Origin: an uncultured Bacteroidota bacterium | GTDB lineage: Bacteria > Bacteroidota > Bacteroidia > Chitinophagales > Chitinophagaceae | NCBI GenBank assembly: GCA_903882965.1 | Contig: CAIRZD010000279.1 | Coordinates: 12,387-76,386 of the forward strand | Length of the DNA: 64,000 nt | Direction: 5' to 3' | Shown here: one piece after another, positions 58,643-64,000 of the stretch | Layout of the letters: every line of letters begins with the position of its first letter | How positions within the stretch are numbered: the stretch's first letter is position 1 | Notes under the pieces: generated by a model | What the model was told of the DNA's origin: nothing | Database searches by the model: none | Seen by the model: only the letters and a program-made list of their open reading frames with translations | Made by a program: the position numbers and the translations under genes

Positions 58643-60265
58643 ATGATAAAGCCAGGCAATAAAATAGAACCCGTTAAAATAAAAAGCTTTAAATATCTAA
58701 TAAACCAAATAAAGAAAAAACATACAGAAACAGAAAGCCCTAAACATGCGTTATTAATTGGGGCGGGGTGCTCGTATAAATGTGGCATACCATTAGGAAG
58801 TCAAATAATAGAGTTATGTAAAATTCATTCTTTTATAGAGAACGAAATAATACAACCCCCTAATTTTTGGGATTTGAACCCTATTAAATTTAATTTTGAA
58901 GAGCTTGAAAAATATTTGAAACAGAAAAAGGAATGGGATAATTTTCAGAAGTACGTAAAAGAAAAAGAATCTTATTTGAAGGAATTAGTAGTTAGGGATA
59001 AAGATATTTATTTAAACAGGATTATTTCGATTTTTGGAGCCTTAGCAGAAGATGAAAAAAAAGGTATATGGAAATCATTTGAAAAAAACATTGTTGCTGA
59101 TTGTAGCTATGGGTTTTGGATGGATCAATACTCGTCAGAAGATCCTTTAACTAGGCAAAAATTAATTGAAGATATCATTGAAGGCAAAAAGCCAAATGGC
59201 GCTTATATATTGCTCTCTTATCTTATTGATCAAGGCATATTTACTAATTTATTAACTACGAACTTTGATGATTTGATTAATGAAGCATTAGTTTATTATA
59301 CAGAATCCAGATGCAGATTCTATGCTGATGATGAAATATCGCAATATATTTCTATTTACAGCAAAAAACCTAATATTATTAAAGTTCATGGTGATTATAG
59401 ATATGCCAATATAAAAAACACAGATAACGAAACTGATAAATTGTCAGGAAATATTAGTATAAAACTAAAGGAATTATTATCTCAATTAGGTTTAATAGTT
59501 GTGGGGTATAACGGTGCAGACCACTCAATAATGAGTGTCCTATATGATTTTAAAAAAAATCAAAAATTCCCCTTCCCAGTTTTATGGTGTGGGCAAAACC
59601 CCAATAATGTTCATTGGCGTGTTGCTCAATTAATAAATAATACTGAAAATAGTTTCTTTGTAGAAATCGAGGGATTTGATCAAATGATTGGGAAATTAGC
59701 CCCTGAATTATTTATTAACGCACCGGAGTTTAACAAGCTAGCAGAAAAAGCAAAGAAAAGAGAGCAAGAGATTGATAAATATTTGCATGACTTTGGAATT
59801 GATTTTAAAAATAGTGCAGCTTCAGTTAAAGAGAAAAAGAACTTGAGGAAGACACTAGACAAATGGCACTACTATAGCAAAGCATATGAGATTAAAGATC
59901 CATTAGAGCAAATGAAATTATATAACAAGGCCATAGAATTAGATAGTTCTTTTGCTGAAGCATACAATGATCGAGCAGATGTATATAGAGAATTGGGAGA
60001 TTACGAAAATGCACTTAAAGACGTTACAGTAGCTATAAAGTTAAACCCCAAGTATCGTTTTTCATATGGTACATTGGCTGAAATATATGGTGAAATGGGA
60101 GAGGAAGAGAAATTTTATGAAGCAATCGAAAATGCATTGAAATTGGGCTATAAGATAGACAATTATTTAAATGATAAACAATATGAAAAAGCCTATAAAT
60201 TATTTAAAGGGCAGGCACGGTTTAAAGAATTATTAGAAAAATATAGAGTTATTAGAAAAATATAA
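58643..60265 (+). CDS. SIR2-like NADase domain with C-terminal TPR repeats; candidate anti-phage protein
   Basis: ALLIGAGCS, LLTTNFDD, IKVHGD, VVGYNGAD; TPR segments LYNKAIELDSSFAEAYNDRADVY and AIKLNPKYRFSYGTLAEIY; AT-rich; own TATATTTG box at about 58614-58621. Confidence 0.85.
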   Translation: MIKPGNKIEPVKIKSFKYLINQIKKKHTETESPKHALLIGAGCSYKCGIPLGSQIIELCKIHSFIENEIIQPPNFWDLNPIKFNFEELEKYLKQKKEWDNFQKYVKEKESYLKELVVRDKDIYLNRIISIFGALAEDEKKGIWKSFEKNIVADCSYGFWMDQYSSEDPLTRQKLIEDIIEGKKPNGAYILLSYLIDQGIFTNLLTTNFDDLINEALVYYTESRCRFYADDEISQYISIYSKKPNIIKVHGDYRYANIKNTDNETDKLSGNISIKLKELLSQLGLIVVGYNGADHSIMSVLYDFKKNQKFPFPVLWCGQNPNNVHWRVAQLINNTENSFFVEIEGFDQMIGKLAPELFINAPEFNKLAEKAKKREQEIDKYLHDFGIDFKNSAASVKEKKNLRKTLDKWHYYSKAYEIKDPLEQMKLYNKAIELDSSFAEAYNDRADVYRELGDYENALKDVTVAIKLNPKYRFSYGTLAEIYGEMGEEEKFYEAIENALKLGYKIDNYLNDKQYEKAYKLFKGQARFKELLEKYRVIRKI

Positions 60266-60330
60266 ACCTAAATCGTAAATCATTACTTTATCCCTTATTC
60301 AACTAATTTAGCACTCAAATTCCTAATTAA

Positions 60331-61029
60331 ATGAACAAAGTAGTTGCAGGCGCAGATGAGGCAGTAAAAGATATCCCTTCAGGCGCCACACTCATGCTCG
60401 GTGGTTTTGGCCTCTGTGGTATACCGGAGAATTGCATTCATGCACTCGTAAAAAAAGGCATCAATAATCTTACCTGTATCTCTAACAATGCAGGTGTCGA
60501 TGATTTTGGTATTGGTCTTATGCTCCAGGGCAGGCAGGTGAAAAAAATGATCGCTTCCTATGTAGGTGAGAATGCTGAGTTCGAAAGACAAATGCTCACC
60601 GGTGAGCTGGAAGTAGAGCTAGTGCCGCAGGGCACACTTGCCACACGTTGCATGGCTACAGGCTATGGCATGCCTGCAGTATTTCTTTTAGCGGGTATAG
60701 GTACAGAAGTGGCCGAAGGCAAAGAGGTGCGCAACTTCAATGGCAAAAATTATTTGCTGGAGCATGCTTTCGATTCAGACTTTGCCATCGTAAAAGCATG
60801 GAAGGGTGATACACAAGGCAACCTTATATTCAAAGGTACTGCGCGCAATTTCAGCCCGCTTATGGCTATGGCCGGCAAAATAACTATTGCAGAGGTAGAG
60901 CATCTGGTTCCCGCAGGAGAGCTTGATCCGAATGCTATCCATGTGCCAGGTATTTATGTACACCGCATATTCCAGGGCGATAAGTATGAAAAGCGTATAG
61001 AGCAAAGAACAGTTAGGAAAAGAAGCTGA
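60331..61029 (+). CDS. scoA: 3-oxoacid CoA-transferase subunit A
   Basis: [43 protein letters not shown]. Confidence 0.93.
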   Translation: MNKVVAGADEAVKDIPSGATLMLGGFGLCGIPENCIHALVKKGINNLTCISNNAGVDDFGIGLMLQGRQVKKMIASYVGENAEFERQMLTGELEVELVPQGTLATRCMATGYGMPAVFLLAGIGTEVAEGKEVRNFNGKNYLLEHAFDSDFAIVKAWKGDTQGNLIFKGTARNFSPLMAMAGKITIAEVEHLVPAGELDPNAIHVPGIYVHRIFQGDKYEKRIEQRTVRKRS

Positions 61030-61130
61030 TAAACTGATCAGATTGTAAGGCATAAAATATTTACGAAGTAGAATAATAAATTACTTAACACATAAAACAA
61101 GAGGAAGCCCCTTTTAGGGGTTTTGGGGTT

Positions 61131-61787
61131 ATGGCACTTAATAAAGAACAAATAGCGCGCCGTATAGCGCAGGAACTGCAAGATGGCTTTTATGTAAATC
61201 TTGGTATAGGTATTCCCACCCTTGTGGCTAATTATATTCCGCATGGAGTGGACGTTGTATTACAAAGCGAGAACGGATTACTCGGTATGGGCCCATTTCC
61301 CCTCGAAGGTGATGAAGACGCAGACCTTATCAATGCAGGTAAGCAAACCATCACAACAGTTCCCGGCTCTGCTTTCTTCGACAGTGCCATGAGCTTTGGT
61401 ATGATCCGTGCCGGCAAGGTAGACCTCACTGTACTCGGAGCAATGGAGGTTGCAGATAATGGCGATATAGCAAACTGGAAAATACCCGGGAAAATGGTAA
61501 AGGGCATGGGCGGCGCTATGGATCTTGTTGCTGCTGCAAAAAATATTATTGTAGCTATGCAGCACACTAACCCCAAAGGAGAAAGCAAGCTCTTGCCAAA
61601 ATGTTCATTGCCGCTTACTGGTGTGGGCTGTGTAAAAAAAGTGGTATCCGATCTTGGAGTGTTTGACATTACCCCCGATGGTTTCAGATGTATAGAATAT
61701 GCACCGGGAGTTACTATTGATGAAATAAAAGCAAAGACCGCAGGCCGTTTAATTATAGCAGATGATGTAAAGGAGATGATTGTATAA
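61131..61787 (+). CDS. scoB: 3-oxoacid CoA-transferase subunit B
   Basis: VNLGIGIPT, QSENG (active-site Glu), INAGKQ, KGMGGAMDL. Confidence 0.93.
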   Translation: MALNKEQIARRIAQELQDGFYVNLGIGIPTLVANYIPHGVDVVLQSENGLLGMGPFPLEGDEDADLINAGKQTITTVPGSAFFDSAMSFGMIRAGKVDLTVLGAMEVADNGDIANWKIPGKMVKGMGGAMDLVAAAKNIIVAMQHTNPKGESKLLPKCSLPLTGVGCVKKVVSDLGVFDITPDGFRCIEYAPGVTIDEIKAKTAGRLIIADDVKEMIV

Positions 61788-61812
61788 TTTTTATAGTCGT
61801 TAATACTTTTCT

Positions 61813-62811
61813 ATGGAATACAGAAGAATGGGGAAATCAGGATTGCAGCTAAGTGTCCTCTCTTATGGATCGTGGGTTACATTCTCAAAACAGGTAGACG
61901 ATACTGCATCTGATCGGTTGATGGGCCTGGCATACGATAGCGGTATCAATTTCTTCGACAATGCCGAAGGTTATGAAGGTGGCAGGTCGGAAGAAATAAT
62001 GGGCAGAACATTAAAGAACAAAAACTGGGATCGTACCTCTTATTGTATATCCAGCAAAGCTTTCTTCGGCCTGCACGGAAAAGACAACAAACCCAACCAG
62101 GGCGGCCTTAGCCGTAAGCATCTTACCGAGGCGTGCCATGGCGCATTACAACGTTTACAATCAGACTATCTCGACCTGTTCTTCTGCCACCGCCCTGATC
62201 CCGAAACACCAATGGACGAGATAGTATGGACCATGAACATACTTCTGCAGCAAGGCAAAATACTTTACTGGGGTACCAGCGAATGGAGTGCCGGTGAAAT
62301 AATGGAAGCACACAAAGTTGCAGATAGGCTCAACCTCATAGGCCCCGCAATGGAACAGCCACAATACAATCTTTTCGAGCGGCAGAAAATGGAAGTTGAT
62401 TATGCGCGTATATTCAACAACGTTGGGATGGGCACCACAATTTGGAGTCCACTTGCATCGGGGCTCCTCACCGGTAAATATAATAACGGGGTGCCCGCGG
62501 GCTCTCGCCTCTCACTCGATAATTATGGCTGGCTCAAAGAACGGACCATGCAGGAAGAAAAAATAAATAAAGTTCGCAAGCTCGAAAAAGTTGCCAAAGA
62601 GCTTAATGCTTCGCTGGCCACATTATCCATTGCCTGGTGCATTCACAATACTAATGTCACTACAGCTATTCTGGGTGCAACCAAAGAAAAGCAACTTACC
62701 GAAAACCTTCAGGCGCTGGATATATACCCTAAACTTACCGCCGGCATTATGAGTGAGATAGAACTCATTATGGATACAAAACCTGCCCGTGCTATTAATA
62801 CCGGCATGTAG
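61813..62811 (+). CDS. Aldo/keto reductase (Kv-beta subunit-like)
   Basis: GINFFDNAEGY, LQSDYLDLFFCHRPD, LYWGTSEWS, WSPLASGLLTGKY. Confidence 0.94.
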   Translation: MEYRRMGKSGLQLSVLSYGSWVTFSKQVDDTASDRLMGLAYDSGINFFDNAEGYEGGRSEEIMGRTLKNKNWDRTSYCISSKAFFGLHGKDNKPNQGGLSRKHLTEACHGALQRLQSDYLDLFFCHRPDPETPMDEIVWTMNILLQQGKILYWGTSEWSAGEIMEAHKVADRLNLIGPAMEQPQYNLFERQKMEVDYARIFNNVGMGTTIWSPLASGLLTGKYNNGVPAGSRLSLDNYGWLKERTMQEEKINKVRKLEKVAKELNASLATLSIAWCIHNTNVTTAILGATKEKQLTENLQALDIYPKLTAGIMSEIELIMDTKPARAINTGM

Positions 62812-62868
62812 CTTTTTTTCTGATAATACGCTGACAATTCAAATACCCTAAGCACGTATCTTTGTAAT

Positions 62869-63729
62869 GTGCCAAATGTTATAGAACAAGCCCAAACACA
62901 ATGGAGTTCGTTAAATGCCTTCGATGGCATGGAATTCCACGTGCTTAGCTATAAGCAGGCGGCTATAAATAATTGCATACATGCCGAATGGCATGAGGTA
63001 TCCTTACCTGAAGATGAGCAGCCTGAAGATAAAGGTATTCTGCGCTTGTTCCCGGTCGATGATAATAAATATTGCATGGAGCTTTTGTACCTGCAATATG
63101 CCGGTATGTCATCCACAGAAGCTACTGTTCATTCCCTGCGTTTTCTACCCTTGTTTTTTGAGCAATATCCTGCTGAGATCCTGATAGCCAACCAGCCCTT
63201 CCGGTTCGACCGTACTACAGAGGAGTCATTCCCTTTATGTGGGCAATCACAATCGCTGCTGGAAAAGCTACAGGAAGATGTAATGCTTACCCCCTTTATA
63301 AGATCACTCAGGCGAAGCGAAACAGCCATGCAACTGTTGCGCTGTGCGCTGGAGTGTATTACAATACCATACACCGTTTGCCAATTGCCAGCCTGTGGTT
63401 TTCTGGCATATGAAAGCGAGCGGGAAAAGATACAGGTAGCCTGTGATATCATAGCCCAAAACACAGACCAGCCCCTCACCATCCGTGAGCTCTCCCGCAA
63501 GGTGGCTATGAATGAGTGCTACCTCAAAAAAGGCTTTAAGACCATCACCGGCAAAACCATTCACGAATACCAGCAGCAGCTCCGGATCACCAAAGCTAAA
63601 GAGCTCCTCCAGCAGCAAGGCCGTTCTGTTACCGATGTAGCCAATATCCTCGGCTATAGCAGCATATCCCATTTCAGCACGGCATTCAAACGCGTTACTG
63701 GTTTGAAACCTTGTGAGTTGCTGAAGTGA
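62869..63729 (+). CDS. AraC family transcriptional regulator
   Basis: LTIRELSRKVAMNECYLKKGFK, SVTDVANILGYSSISHFSTAFKRVTG. Confidence 0.94.
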   Translation: MPNVIEQAQTQWSSLNAFDGMEFHVLSYKQAAINNCIHAEWHEVSLPEDEQPEDKGILRLFPVDDNKYCMELLYLQYAGMSSTEATVHSLRFLPLFFEQYPAEILIANQPFRFDRTTEESFPLCGQSQSLLEKLQEDVMLTPFIRSLRRSETAMQLLRCALECITIPYTVCQLPACGFLAYESEREKIQVACDIIAQNTDQPLTIRELSRKVAMNECYLKKGFKTITGKTIHEYQQQLRITKAKELLQQQGRSVTDVANILGYSSISHFSTAFKRVTGLKPCELLK

Positions 63730-63772
63730 CCTCTCCCGGCCTCTCCTAAGGAGAGGTGAGGTCGAATGAGTG
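63728..63772 (+). repeat. REP-like element, copy 5
   Basis: GACCTCTCCCGGCCTCTCCTAAGGAGAGGTGAGGTCGAATGAGTG, overlapping the AraC stop codon. Confidence 0.75.
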
Positions 63773-64000
63773 TAGTTGCAGGCTTTTATTAAAATGTCCC
63801 ACTTTTTTTGAAATTCTTTATTTTCTGATAATTGGGTGATTGTCAATGCGGTTTTGTGAAAAATGTGGCAGATGGTGTGCATGGAATGTCGCAAAGTGGC
63901 CCACATTGCCGGGGTTGGGGACATGGTGGGTGGGTATGTAATATCTGCAAGGGGTTTTGGTGGAGTTTGTGTGTACATGATTTTATGGATCTTATTTTTT

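Noticed and set aside
63304-63978. 224-aa minus-strand ORF at the window end
   Set aside because: Most of it is antisense to the AraC gene and it reads through a REP copy. Its first ~60 codons cannot be judged without sequence beyond 64000.

Overview
64 kb of a Bacteroidota chromosome, most likely Chitinophagaceae-like. The call rests on the SusC/SusD pair, T9SS C-terminal domains, TAnnTTTG promoter boxes, the rplM-rpsI-rpsB-tsf order and a CarB lacking its allosteric domain. Most genes are housekeeping: pnp, rpsO, tsf, rpsB, rpsI, rplM, serC, gyrB, msrB, mreBCD, carB, dcd, a transketolase subunit and scoAB. I found no rRNA, intact tRNA, CRISPR array or transposase. The strongest leads are: (1) a stand-alone, AT-rich SIR2(NADase)-TPR gene at 58643-60265, a candidate single-gene anti-phage system; (2) a two-gene unit at 11459-12095 encoding a Cys/HPP-motif membrane peptide and a signal-peptide-bearing 12-Cys metallothionein-like protein; (3) a candidate ~97-nt sRNA at 26554-26650 (minus strand) with a sigma54-like promoter, a GU-repeat seed and its own terminator; (4) an orphan terminase-small-subunit-like gene flanked by palindromes; (5) a five-copy REP-like family sitting at stop codons, one copy inside a reading frame; (6) a +1 frameshift in the PspC-family gene; and (7) a 54-aa lipoprotein missed by the ORF track. 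All family names come from motif recognition only; no database search was run.
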